DNA of 64,000 bases from contig OY970208.1 of the NCBI GenBank assembly GCA_963713865.1, positions 1,248,001-1,312,000 of the forward strand, given 5' to 3'. This stretch comes from an uncultured candidate division Zixibacteria bacterium. GTDB lineage: Bacteria; Zixibacteria; MSB-5A5; RBG-16-43-9. Each line of letters opens with the position of its first letter. The first letter of the stretch is position 1. This document shows positions 43,421-53,244 of this stretch, in pieces. The translations under genes and the position numbers were made by a program. Under the pieces are notes generated by a model. That model was given only the letters and a program-made list of their open reading frames with translations, did no database searches and was not told the DNA's origin.

Positions 43421-44971
43421 CTAAAGACACGGTGCCGGTCCACCTTTGAAAAGATAATTGATTAAATAGACTATATCGCTAACAGTTACTTTGCTATCAC
43501 AATTAAGATCCGCAGATGGTAACGGAACTGGTGCTGGCCCTCCTTTAAATAAATAATTTATCATATAAACCACATCCGAGACGGTTACCGAGCCATCACT
43601 ATTAGCATCACCTCGCAGGGCATCGATCTGCAAATACTTGATGGTTGTGTAGTCACTTGAGGTTCCAGTGCCCTGGCTCTCACCAGTTACATAGACATTA
43701 CCAGAGTCATCTACGGTTATAGCCCTGGCAGTTTCCTGAGAGTTCACTGGTCCATTATATCTGGCTACCCAGAGCTGGTTACCATCCGGATCATACTTTA
43801 CTGTGGCAAAATCATCCGCTTTCAAATCAGCATCGTCACTCGATCCGGTCACATAAACATTGCCAAAGCTATCCACGGCTAAAGCATAAGCCACATCGCA
43901 GCCATCCAGCCAGGAGTGGTATCTTGCTGCCCAGAGCTCGTTCCCTTCCTGGTCGTATTTTACGGTGGCATAGTCGAAAAGGGTATTACTCATGCGGGTC
44001 CATCCGGTTACCCACGCATTCCCCCAACCATCTGCGGCTATAGCTAGAGCAGATGCGCCAGGGTCATTGCCCGGCTCACCACAATACCTTCTAATCCAGA
44101 GCTCGTTTCCGCTGGAATCATACTTCACAGTTGCATACTCATTTAAGGTCTCGATACCTGCACTTCCTCCAGTCACATAGACATTGCCAGAACTATCTAA
44201 AGCCAAAGCATAAGCCACATCACTTCCACCTTTAGGTCCATTGTATCTTCGCACCCAGAGCTCATTTCCCTCCAGGTCATATTTTAGAGTTGCGTAATCC
44301 GCAATTGTTACGCCGCTATTACTTCCTCCGGATACATAGATATTTCCGAAATTATCTACTGCGATTGCATTGGCCTCATCTCCCCCGTTACCGGACCCGT
44401 TATACCTTTTTACCCAGAGCTCGTTTCCATTTATATCATATTTCACGGTTGCATAGTCTTTGTTGGTTACACTGCTGAAACTATATCCGGTCACATAGAC
44501 ATTCCCGGAATCATCTACCGCTATATCTGATGCTCGATCATCCGAGCTTTCTGGTCCGTTGTACCTTTTTACCCAGGCAGTCTCCCCGTCGGGATAATAC
44601 TTGAGGGTGACATAGTCGAAGTCACTGCTACTGATTTGACTATATCCAGTTACATAGACATTCCCTGTGCCATCCATTGCCAGGGCAGCTGCTACATCTG
44701 AAGAATCTATAGGTCCATTGTACCTTCTTACCCAGGCAGTCTCCCCATCGGGATAATATTTAAGGGTGGTATAGTCCCAACCTGTCCCATTCCCCAGGCT
44801 CTGTCCGGTTACGTAAACATTACCTGAATCGTCTACTGCTATAGCTATAGCAATATCTTGCGAGTTTCCTGGACCATTGTATCTTCTTACCCAGGCGGTG
44901 TCTGCAAAATCAGCAAAGAGGGGTGAAGTAAAAAGAAAGATAAAAAGGAAAGTTAAAAATGCTCTGGTCAG
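43421..44971 (-). CDS. SBBP beta-propeller repeat protein with dockerin-like C-terminus, probable CTG start
   Basis: About 7 repeats of AIAVD.SGNVYVTG...DYATVKY..G.ELW..RYNG. The frame extends 98 codons upstream of the ORF-track start through a signal peptide to CTG at 44971. Confidence 0.88.
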   Translation of the reverse strand: MTRAFLTFLFIFLFTSPLFADFADTAWVRRYNGPGNSQDIAIAIAVDDSGNVYVTGQSLGNGTGWDYTTLKYYPDGETAWVRRYNGPIDSSDVAAALAMDGTGNVYVTGYSQISSSDFDYVTLKYYPDGETAWVKRYNGPESSDDRASDIAVDDSGNVYVTGYSFSSVTNKDYATVKYDINGNELWVKRYNGSGNGGDEANAIAVDNFGNIYVSGGSNSGVTIADYATLKYDLEGNELWVRRYNGPKGGSDVAYALALDSSGNVYVTGGSAGIETLNEYATVKYDSSGNELWIRRYCGEPGNDPGASALAIAADGWGNAWVTGWTRMSNTLFDYATVKYDQEGNELWAARYHSWLDGCDVAYALAVDSFGNVYVTGSSDDADLKADDFATVKYDPDGNQLWVARYNGPVNSQETARAITVDDSGNVYVTGESQGTGTSSDYTTIKYLQIDALRGDANSDGSVTVSDVVYMINYLFKGGPAPVPLPSADLNCDSKVTVSDIVYLINYLFKGGPAPCL

Positions 44972-45320
44972 AAGTCCTCACATTTCAAAAGAGCATCTTG
45001 ATTCGCTGCTTCAGGATTAATATAAATAATTCTTAAATTTTGACAAGATGTTTTTACAAAGCGAGAAGTGAGAAAAAAGGTTCAATTCTTTGACTGGACC
45101 AGGATCTGATAGCGTTGTATACCCAAACTTGTTTGGGGATGGCACGCTTCATCCCCATATTTAATGACCTCACCCTCGCCTTCTCCTGTCCTACGGTGGC
45201 TACGAGCCAGCCCGCCCGTAAGGCGCCAGACGCAGTCTCCATTTCTCGGACGAGAAGAGGGGATAAAGAGAACAGACAAGATGTCTGTTACGCCTATCAA
45301 GGGAGAAGAGATTAGTTTTT

Positions 45321-45349
45321 ACAGAAAAGCTATTGGTTTTAAAGTAAAA
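45321..45349 (+). promoter_or_regulatory. 29 bp motif shared upstream of two phage-like islands (second copy 49364-49392)
   Basis: ACAGAAAAGCTATTGGTTTTAAAGTAAAA versus ACAGAATTGCTATTGGTTTTAAGGTGAAA (25/29 identical), about 90-115 bp before the respective start codons. Confidence 0.5.
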
Positions 45350-45438
45350 AAGAAAGGAAGAAGGGGGATGAAAGGCTAAAGGCTATAGACTAAAGTCTAA
45401 AGTCGAAAAGCAAAAAACCAATAGCGAATAGCGAACTT

Positions 45439-46864
45439 ATGCAAAAATTAATCGATACGGTTAGCGCTTATTATGGGAGCGGGATTCAGACCCAGAATAA
45501 ACTCTTTATAGTTTCTTCCGGGCAGTATAAAGGGAGGGTGATTTTAATTTATCCTCTGAATGCAGGCACAATCGTCTACAGATGGGCTGAGCCTCCATAT
45601 ATATCTTGGTCTTCACCAGTAAATATAGTTGCCAATTCTGGGGATTTCCCCTGTTCTGGTTTTATGGATTCATCTGGTAATCTTTACCTCACTTACACCG
45701 TGCAGACCAGTTTGGCTTTAGCGATGGTTAAGCTTTCCTTCACCAATGGTTCCTGGTCGATTGGAGCAGTAAGGAACGTCTGCACAGTGGAAAGTAATTA
45801 TTATCCTTCTATACTTAAAGATTCGATTAACAGGTTGTGGATCTCTTGGAGCTATTATGATTCAGTAACGGGGAGGTATTCGGTGCATGCCAAATCCTCC
45901 ACCGATGACGGGATAACCTGGGGAACAGGGGAGACTGACCCGGGTGAGGCTTTAACCTCTGACAGTGCAAGCTGTTCTTCTCAATTGATTTTTCAATCAC
46001 CTTATATCAGATGTTTTTATTCTGATGACGGGAATACCTTAGCTTACCGTTCCTTTGAGCTTTTCGGTGGAGTTCTGGTCTTCTGCAGTTCTGGTTTATT
46101 CAGGGTCTAATATTCAGGATGATTTTCAGATTTCTCTTTCTACAGACAATAAATTGGGGATTGTTTTTCCAGGGAGTTCTTCTCTTTTGTACCGGGAGTA
46201 TGATGGAGCCTCCTGGAGTGGAGCATCTCCAGTGGATTCTGGTTTACCCATCAGTCCGGCAATAAAATTTTTCGAAAATACACCTTATGTTTTTTACGGG
46301 AAGAATATGGGAGCGAATCAGAATCAGCTTTTCTACTCTTATAAGTCCGGAAGCTCTTTTACTACTCCGGCTCCTCTGGTTGATGGGGCAAAGGTTCTGG
46401 ATAAAGTTTTCTGCTATGATAATTCTGCAACTAATAAATATTATGACAGGACCACAGAAGCAGTAAATACTACTCCTGCAGATATTTTTCATCCAACCTC
46501 TAATAGTTTAATCCGGGATATAGATGATGTCTTCTACCTGGGGATGGATGAGAAATTCAATCAGGTAAAAGTCATTTTGTCAACAGCTGGGATAGGGGGA
46601 CAGGTGGTATGGGAATACTGGAATGGTTTTGAATGGAAAAGCTTTACACCTTATTCTGGAGTTTATCATTTAGATTCGGGTAATAAACTGGTTATTCTGT
46701 GGCAGGATTTGTTTTCTGTCCCTTCTGACTGGCAGCAGTGCGGGGTGAATAACTCGACTGAGTTCTGGATTAGAGCCAGGGTTACTACTGCATATACTAC
46801 TGTGCCGGTCGGAACGCAGATTACGACAGTACCGGAAAACAAATACTTAATAGTGGTTCAATAG
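45439..46864 (+). CDS. Putative virion structural protein (BNR/beta-propeller plus beta-sandwich), apparent +1 frameshift at about 46072
   Basis: Asp-box STDDGITW; VVWEYWNGFEW and FWIRARV; no signal peptide. Corrected join FELFGGVWSSAV. Confidence 0.6.
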
Positions 46865-46951
46865 TTCAAAAGTTCAATCTGCCAAAGGTAGAGAAAGAAA
46901 ACCTCACCCCATCCCTCTTCTTAATATTAAGGAGAGGAAAAAAAATAATAA

Positions 46952-46982
46952 AAAACCCTCCTGCAGATCTGCGGGAGGGTTG
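46952..46982 (-). terminator. Intrinsic terminator downstream of csp
   Basis: AACCCTCCTGCAG-AT-CTGCGGGAGGGTT hairpin with an A-run on its left (U-run on the minus strand). Confidence 0.7.
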
Positions 46983-47004
46983 ATAATGCGGTCAAATATA
47001 TTTT

Positions 47005-47223
47005 TTATAATTTAACTACATTAATTGCCTGTGGTCCTTTGGGTCCCTGAGTTGTCTCGAAGCTGACCTCATCTCCATCATTCAGGGATTTAAATCCATC
47101 ACCCTGAAGAGACGAATAATGCACAAAGACATCTTTGCTGCCATCGTTTGGAGAAATAAAGCCATAGCCCTTTGATTCATTAAACCACTTTACTTTACCT
47201 TCTGCCAATTCCTTTTTCACCAC
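47005..47223 (-). CDS. cspA: Cold-shock protein
   Basis: [22 protein letters not shown] and GPKGPQA. Confidence 0.93.
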   Translation of the reverse strand: MVKKELAEGKVKWFNESKGYGFISPNDGSKDVFVHYSSLQGDGFKSLNDGDEVSFETTQGPKGPQAINVVKL

Positions 47224-47442
47224 CTTTCATCCGAATAACGTTAAAACAAAAAACCACGAAATCCACTAAACCTTGAGTTTTCGTGGTCACTATAATTATA
47301 ATCTAATAAATCGAAACTTTCCTTTTTCAAAACCTTCACTTCATATTATACGTCAAAAAAATCGTTTTGTCAAACAAAATTTTTGTAAACATAAATTATT
47401 ACTGATATCGACAAAAACTGAGGTGAGCTTTAATATCCATTT

Positions 47443-48987
47443 TCAGCAACTTGGTGGGGGGCCACCTTTGAAAAGATAGTTGATTAAAAAGACTACATCG
47501 GAGATTGAGGGTTTTCCATCGTAGTTGCAGTCAGCAGAGATAAGAGGATCTGGAGGTGCTCCTCCTTTGAAAAGATAGTTTATAAGATAAACGACATCAG
47601 CGATAGAGACTTTTCCATCCTGATTTACATCTCCACGATAAAAAACAATATGATTATATTTAATGGTTACATAATCAAATTTTGTTTCACTCTGGTAGCT
47701 TTGACCAGTTACAAAAACGTTACCTGAATTGTCTACTGCTATAGCAGTGGGTTTATCATCTTCTCCTCCATTATATCTATTTAACCATAGGAGGTTGCCT
47801 GCTGGATCATATTTCAGAGTGGCGAAATCAAAATCTGTTCCGTTGCCAAAACTTCCACCGGTGACATAGACATTGCACGAATCATCTATGGCTATGGCTG
47901 TAGCCTCGTCATTGCCATTTCCAGGTCCGTTATATCTTCTCACCCAGAGCTGGTTTCCACCTGGATCATACTTTATAGTGGCATAGTCAAAATAGGTTGA
48001 GCTGTCGTAACTTTTTCCGGTTAGATAGATATTACCAAACCGGTCCAGGGCTAAATCGGTTGCCTGGTCTTCAGAGTTGCTTGTTCCATTATATCTTCTC
48101 ACCCAGGCCGTATCTCCATCAGGATAATATTTCAGGGTAACGTAATCGTTATCCATGAAGTTATCATAACTTGTTCCGGTAACAAAGATATTTCCAGAAC
48201 CGTCTACCGCAATGGCACAGGCATCGTCGTCTGAATTCCCTGAACCATTATATCTTCTGAGCCAGGCGGTATCGCCGTTCGGGTAATATTTTATGGTGGC
48301 ATAATCAAAGCCATTATCTCTGCTGGAGCTTAATCCCGTTAAGCAGAGATTACCCCAAGGATCAATACTTAAGTCTTTGGGATGGTCATAACCGTTTCCA
48401 GGTCCGTTGTATCTTCTTAACCAGGCTGTTTCACCATCAGGATAATATTTAAAAGTAGCATAGTCATCAAAAGTAACAAGATCCCAGCTATGTCCGGTTA
48501 CATAGATATTCCCTGAAGAATCAACGGTTATGGCGGTTGCAGCATCATCGTGGTTTGTTACCGGACCAGGGTATCTTCTTACCCAGGTGGTCTCTCCATC
48601 TGGCTGATATTTTATGGTGGTATAGTCAAAGTTATAGAATGTGCCTATTCCCACACTCCAGCCAGTTACATATAAATTTCCTGATTTGTCCAGAGCTAAG
48701 GCAGTTGCCCCGTCATCGTAATTTCCTGTGCCATTATATCGTTTTAGCCAGGCAAGTTCTCCATCCGAGTAATATTTCAGAGTAGCATAATCATATCCTG
48801 TGTTGTAGCTAAAGCTCTGACCGGTAACATAGACATTTCCAGAATCGTCTAAAGTCAGGGCTGAAGGAAAATCATTAAGGTCTGCTGATCCGTTGTATCT
48901 TTTAACCCAGATAGTGTCGACTTCCTGGCAAAGGAGAATTAGAGGTATATTGAGAAGCAAAAAAAGAGCTAAGAGAAATTTTCTCAT
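47443..48987 (-). CDS. SBBP beta-propeller repeat protein with dockerin-like C-terminus
   Basis: Signal peptide, about 7 SBBP repeats and twin GDVNQDGKVSIADVVYLINYLFKGG repeats; paralogue of 43421-44971. Confidence 0.9.
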   Translation of the reverse strand: MRKFLLALFLLLNIPLILLCQEVDTIWVKRYNGSADLNDFPSALTLDDSGNVYVTGQSFSYNTGYDYATLKYYSDGELAWLKRYNGTGNYDDGATALALDKSGNLYVTGWSVGIGTFYNFDYTTIKYQPDGETTWVRRYPGPVTNHDDAATAITVDSSGNIYVTGHSWDLVTFDDYATFKYYPDGETAWLRRYNGPGNGYDHPKDLSIDPWGNLCLTGLSSSRDNGFDYATIKYYPNGDTAWLRRYNGSGNSDDDACAIAVDGSGNIFVTGTSYDNFMDNDYVTLKYYPDGDTAWVRRYNGTSNSEDQATDLALDRFGNIYLTGKSYDSSTYFDYATIKYDPGGNQLWVRRYNGPGNGNDEATAIAIDDSCNVYVTGGSFGNGTDFDFATLKYDPAGNLLWLNRYNGGEDDKPTAIAVDNSGNVFVTGQSYQSETKFDYVTIKYNHIVFYRGDVNQDGKVSIADVVYLINYLFKGGAPPDPLISADCNYDGKPSISDVVFLINYLFKGGPPPSC

Positions 48988-49505
48988 AAGGTAATCCCGG
49001 TTTAGCCTGTCAGGTCAGTCCGCCTTAGGCGGATGACAAGCACTGGAATAAAGGTACTCCTACATTTAATATACGTCCATTTCTTGTTTCGACAAGAAAG
49101 ATAGTTAAATAAAGGGTTCAAGAGTTCAAGGGATGAAGGGAGTAAATAGAGGATGAAGTAAGGTAAAAATGTGAGCGTTATTCGGGTAGCATGAACGTGG
49201 GTAAAAACAAAAGGAAGATGGAGGATAGAAAACAAAAAAATGACAAATGATAAGGAAAAAAATTCAGGGATAAGCCCTAACGTCACAAAAATCTAAAAAA
49301 AACAGACAAGATGTCTGTTCCACCGATTTTCACAAAAAATATGGGGGTTACCAACTTGGAACAACAGAATTGCTATTGGTTTTAAGGTGAAAGGGAATAA
49401 GAAAAGGAAGATGGAAGACGTAAGACGAAAAATAAATACTTAAAAATTAAAAGCAAATAGCCAAAAACCAATAATAGCCAACGGTGAACAGCAAGGTGCA
49501 AAATT

Positions 49506-50342
49506 ATGAGTTTTACTAACATCTCTTTAGTTAAAAAGCATATCTCCGAGCATCGTCTGGGGATTTCTGAGATGGAAAACCATCCCTGTCATCTTTCGGG
49601 GGATTCTCCAGTTAAGCTTCCGGATTCTAATGTCCAGGTTGGCTCAGAGAAGATTAAAGGTAAGGAGATTTTATCTCCGGTTCAGGAGGGGGTAAGTTTT
49701 TTATCCGGGGACACAATTCAGCTTTTACATTCGGAGTTGATTTTAGATACAGTGGTCGTTACCTCAGACTCATCCTTAGGGAAAATCTACGTGGAGAATA
49801 TCGATTATTCGATAGATTATGAGAATGGAAAATTGACCCGGATTTCAAGCGGCTCAATTTCAGCTCTGTCTTCAGTGGTTATTTTTTACCTCTATTACCG
49901 GGTTTATCAAAAAGATATAGATTACAAACTCGATTTTCAGAAAGGTGAGCTTACCCGAATTGCCAGCGGAGCGATAGAGGATGGGCAATGGGTTCTTTTA
50001 GATTACAAGGTGGAATACGGGTTTTTAAATGATGAAACTATTGCCCAGGCGATGGCGGAGGCAAATGAGAGGATTTTGAAATTCATCGACCCTTCTTATT
50101 ATGAATCTGAAGATCAAGGACTGGTTATTGCAGAGACCTGTCTTTCAGTATCAATCCTCTGTGACATTAAGGCCGTTGAGGTTCTAAATTTCAATATCTA
50201 TGGAGCCAATGCCCAGCTTTTATCCAGGTCCTGGAATACGATGGCTGAGGTTTACTCCAAAAAGGCATATCTAATCCTGAGCAATTTTGCCAAGCCGGGT
50301 TCTTCACTGATTGCACCTAAAGCGGTAAAAAGTGAAAATTAA
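49506..50342 (+). CDS. Putative head-completion/adaptor-like protein with two inserted beta repeats
   Basis: N-terminus MSFTNISLVK; repeats YVENIDYSIDYENGKLTRISSG / YQKDIDYKLDFQKGELTRIASG; helical C-terminus TIAQAMAEANERI. Confidence 0.5.
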   Translation: MSFTNISLVKKHISEHRLGISEMENHPCHLSGDSPVKLPDSNVQVGSEKIKGKEILSPVQEGVSFLSGDTIQLLHSELILDTVVVTSDSSLGKIYVENIDYSIDYENGKLTRISSGSISALSSVVIFYLYYRVYQKDIDYKLDFQKGELTRIASGAIEDGQWVLLDYKVEYGFLNDETIAQAMAEANERILKFIDPSYYESEDQGLVIAETCLSVSILCDIKAVEVLNFNIYGANAQLLSRSWNTMAEVYSKKAYLILSNFAKPGSSLIAPKAVKSEN

Positions 50343-50420
50343 GACGAAAGACGATGTAAGTTCAAAGGTTCAAATGTTTAAAATCAAAAGCAAATAGCTA
50401 ACAGCTAAAAGCGGATCTAT

Positions 50421-50790
50421 ATGAACATCACATTAGATTATCTCAGGGGGAGAAGGGTCTGGCTAATTAAAAATTTTTGCGTCTGGGGAGAATATTCCGC
50501 AATTGATCTTCTTTTCGTTCAGACGGAGATAACAGAGTCTTCAAAGAGGGTCATTTTCAATAGAATTGGTCTGGGAGGAAAGGCTCAGGAGTCAAATTTT
50601 AGTACCCTGTATGATTATAAAGGGAATCAACTTCCACAGGAAATAGAGTCTCCTAAAATTTTAGTATTACCTAAGAATGATATCTTCTGTCTGGTGATAG
50701 AAGAATCGAAAACGAATTTTAAAATCGTTAAAGGGAATAACTCTTCTGAAAATGGTTCTGGTTGACCTTCTGATATTTGAGCTGGGATAA
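50421..50790 (+). CDS. Hypothetical protein in phage-like island; probable +1 frameshift at about 50755
   Basis: 114 aa ORF to 50765. Removing one T at GTTCTGG extends it to NGLVDLLIFELG* (50790). Confidence 0.55.
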
Positions 50791-50923
50791 AAAATAGTGG
50801 TCAGTGATCAGTGATGAGAAAAGAAGAAAAAAAATAATAAAACGTAACCGTTGTTAGAATGTCATGAGTATAAATTGACCTCTCCCTTGCTCTCTCCTTA
50901 GAGAGGGGAGTTTAATATAAAAA

Positions 50924-51193
50924 ATGAGAAATAAAATAAATAAAAAGCAAAAAAAGAATAGGCAGAATTTTTCTGAATCGGAAAATCACAGTGAAGAAAA
51001 ATTTTTAGAGGAGCTGATCTCCTGTGTTTTGAAAAAGCTGAAATCCGGGAAATATCAGGTGAAAGTGGCAGATGCTATCCGGGCTATAGAGCTAAAGCAG
51101 AAGATAAGATCAAAAGAGCCAAAGAAAAGTAAAGAAAAAATATTCTGGGAATTGATTGATCAAATAAGGAAAGAGGAGCTGCCGAAGGAATGA
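50924..51193 (+). CDS. Small basic hypothetical protein in phage-like island
   Basis: 89 aa, Lys-rich and helical; ATGA overlap with the next gene. Confidence 0.55.
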   Translation: MRNKINKKQKKNRQNFSESENHSEEKFLEELISCVLKKLKSGKYQVKVADAIRAIELKQKIRSKEPKKSKEKIFWELIDQIRKEELPKE

Positions 51194-53244
51194 AAAACAG
51201 TAGACAGCATATAGTAGGCAGTAGGCAGGGAAAGAAAGCAAACAGTAGACAGCATGCAGTCCGTCTGAGGCGAAGTATACGGTGGATAATATTTCTGATT
51301 TTTCCCCTATATGCTGTCTATTGTTTACTGTCTACTTCTTATGCGGAGATAAACAACACCTTAGCTTATTCGGTTTCTCATACCCAATCGACTACCGCTA
51401 ACCGTCTTGGTCTGGTGAGTGAAATTACGATCGCACAGACTATCCTAGCAACTACAGATGAGACCTGGTATGGGATTGTAGTTTATTTAGACCGGAATGG
51501 TTTTTCTTCCTCTACCGATTCGGTTAAGTTGAGGTTCAGAGAGAATGCAGTAGAATTTTGTAGCACGCCTGATACGAGTGCAGTTCCCAAACGGGATGTT
51601 TATGTCAAGGTTACAGATATTCCAGATGGCGATGCTACAAATAATACAATACCGCCGGATAGCGTTGCCAGGGGATATGCTATCTGGTTTATTTTCAATA
51701 CTCCCGTTAGTGTATCTGCGGGGGTTTGCTACAATATCTTCTTAAATGGCCCCTATACAGATGCAAACAATCGGATAAACTGGTTTTACGGGACTAACGG
51801 TTATGTCAATGGTTCTTGTTGGTATCAGACCACTGGTTCCTGGACGAATTATAACTCTGATTTGGACTTCAGGGTAATTAAAGATAAATATGCTCTGATT
51901 GCAGTAAGAAGACTACCTTTTAATACGCGAGGCATATTGACTATTAATTCAGATATAGATAATTCGACAGTTGATTATCTGGATTCACTACATAAATGGC
52001 TCAATACCAGCCAGAATGTAGGTGGTTCCTGGGGAACTGGATTGAATGGTCAAATAGCAGGAAACGAAGTCTGGTTTGGAAGAGGCTCTTTAGCTGATTC
52101 TTTAGGGGTTTATTCTAAGGAAGTTCCTTTCTATTTTCACGGATTAGATACGACCTCAAATTTTTACAAAGATTCATTGGATAACTATATCTCACGCCGT
52201 TGGGCAGATGGTAACCATTCCTATGGTGATTGCGGCTGGGACGGGGCTGATCCCACTTGTATGGATTCTACTCACGTTAAGAAATTTTTAAACTATATGC
52301 TTAATCGCCCTTCTACTTTTGGCAAATTATATAAAGGTGGACTTTTTGTAAATCACGGCTCACAAAAGATAAATTTCGGAACTGCAGGTGATGTTAATTT
52401 TTTGGGCGATTCCTCTGGCACGATTTATTATCACGCTAATAAGACTTGTGCTTCAGGTAGGTTTAAATTTATATGGAATTCTAATCTTACTGATCCGGGC
52501 ACTTCTTTATCTCAAAGATTGTCTTATGATGATTGGCAGAATCAACTGGATTCGCTCAATATCACTGCTATACCTTTGTATGATCGCACTTTTAGAGATG
52601 GCACTAAATATTATGAATATAAAAGGGTAGGCAGATCTGCGGCAGCCAGGCCTGATTCTTTATATAAATTTTTCAACCAAACTGTCGCTAAAAAATGTTC
52701 TGATTCTAACTGGATTTCTGTAATCCATTGTCATCTGGGATATGAGGACGGATTAGACCAAGATGATAGAGATACTATAAAAGCAGTTTTCGATTCAGCA
52801 TCAGCCTGGGATTTATGGATACCATCTACCAAAGCACTTTTCAATCAGCAGGCGGCTTCTGCTTTTGCTCAGATTATAATTGATAGACCCACTGGCTCTA
52901 AGAGAAGAATAAATATAAAAAGTCTTTATGATTGGAGCTGGGGCTCACATGTGCCGGACAGGGAAGAGGTTTCTTATCTGACTTTTATAGCTTACGCACC
53001 TGAAAGTTTAATGATTACCATCAACGGTTCAGCAGATACCCTATCTGATAGTATTATGGTAAATCAACAAGATGTTCCTACGGGTTATATAGCATCAGGT
53101 GACCGACTAAGGGCTATGTCCTGGGTGGGGATGTATAATCGGACTGCAGGCAGATTAGTAATATTGCCTTCAGAAGCACCATCTGCAGGACAAAAGAGAA
53201 ATAGGGCAGCAGTTATAAAACAACTTCTGGAGGATAATAAATGA
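51190..53244 (+). CDS. Large spike-like protein with polysaccharide-deacetylase-like domain and N-terminal signal/TM segment
   Basis: Beta-rich N-domain, then LTINSDID...NHSYGD...FVNHG...HCHLG (Asp/His pattern like NodB-type esterases); coupled to both neighbours. Confidence 0.55.
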   Translation: MKNSRQHIVGSRQGKKANSRQHAVRLRRSIRWIIFLIFPLYAVYCLLSTSYAEINNTLAYSVSHTQSTTANRLGLVSEITIAQTILATTDETWYGIVVYLDRNGFSSSTDSVKLRFRENAVEFCSTPDTSAVPKRDVYVKVTDIPDGDATNNTIPPDSVARGYAIWFIFNTPVSVSAGVCYNIFLNGPYTDANNRINWFYGTNGYVNGSCWYQTTGSWTNYNSDLDFRVIKDKYALIAVRRLPFNTRGILTINSDIDNSTVDYLDSLHKWLNTSQNVGGSWGTGLNGQIAGNEVWFGRGSLADSLGVYSKEVPFYFHGLDTTSNFYKDSLDNYISRRWADGNHSYGDCGWDGADPTCMDSTHVKKFLNYMLNRPSTFGKLYKGGLFVNHGSQKINFGTAGDVNFLGDSSGTIYYHANKTCASGRFKFIWNSNLTDPGTSLSQRLSYDDWQNQLDSLNITAIPLYDRTFRDGTKYYEYKRVGRSAAARPDSLYKFFNQTVAKKCSDSNWISVIHCHLGYEDGLDQDDRDTIKAVFDSASAWDLWIPSTKALFNQQAASAFAQIIIDRPTGSKRRINIKSLYDWSWGSHVPDREEVSYLTFIAYAPESLMITINGSADTLSDSIMVNQQDVPTGYIASGDRLRAMSWVGMYNRTAGRLVILPSEAPSAGQKRNRAAVIKQLLEDNK

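Noticed and set aside
50924-51193. Terminase small subunit call
   Set aside because: Size and charge are compatible, but there is no diagnostic motif and no adjacent large subunit; left as hypothetical.
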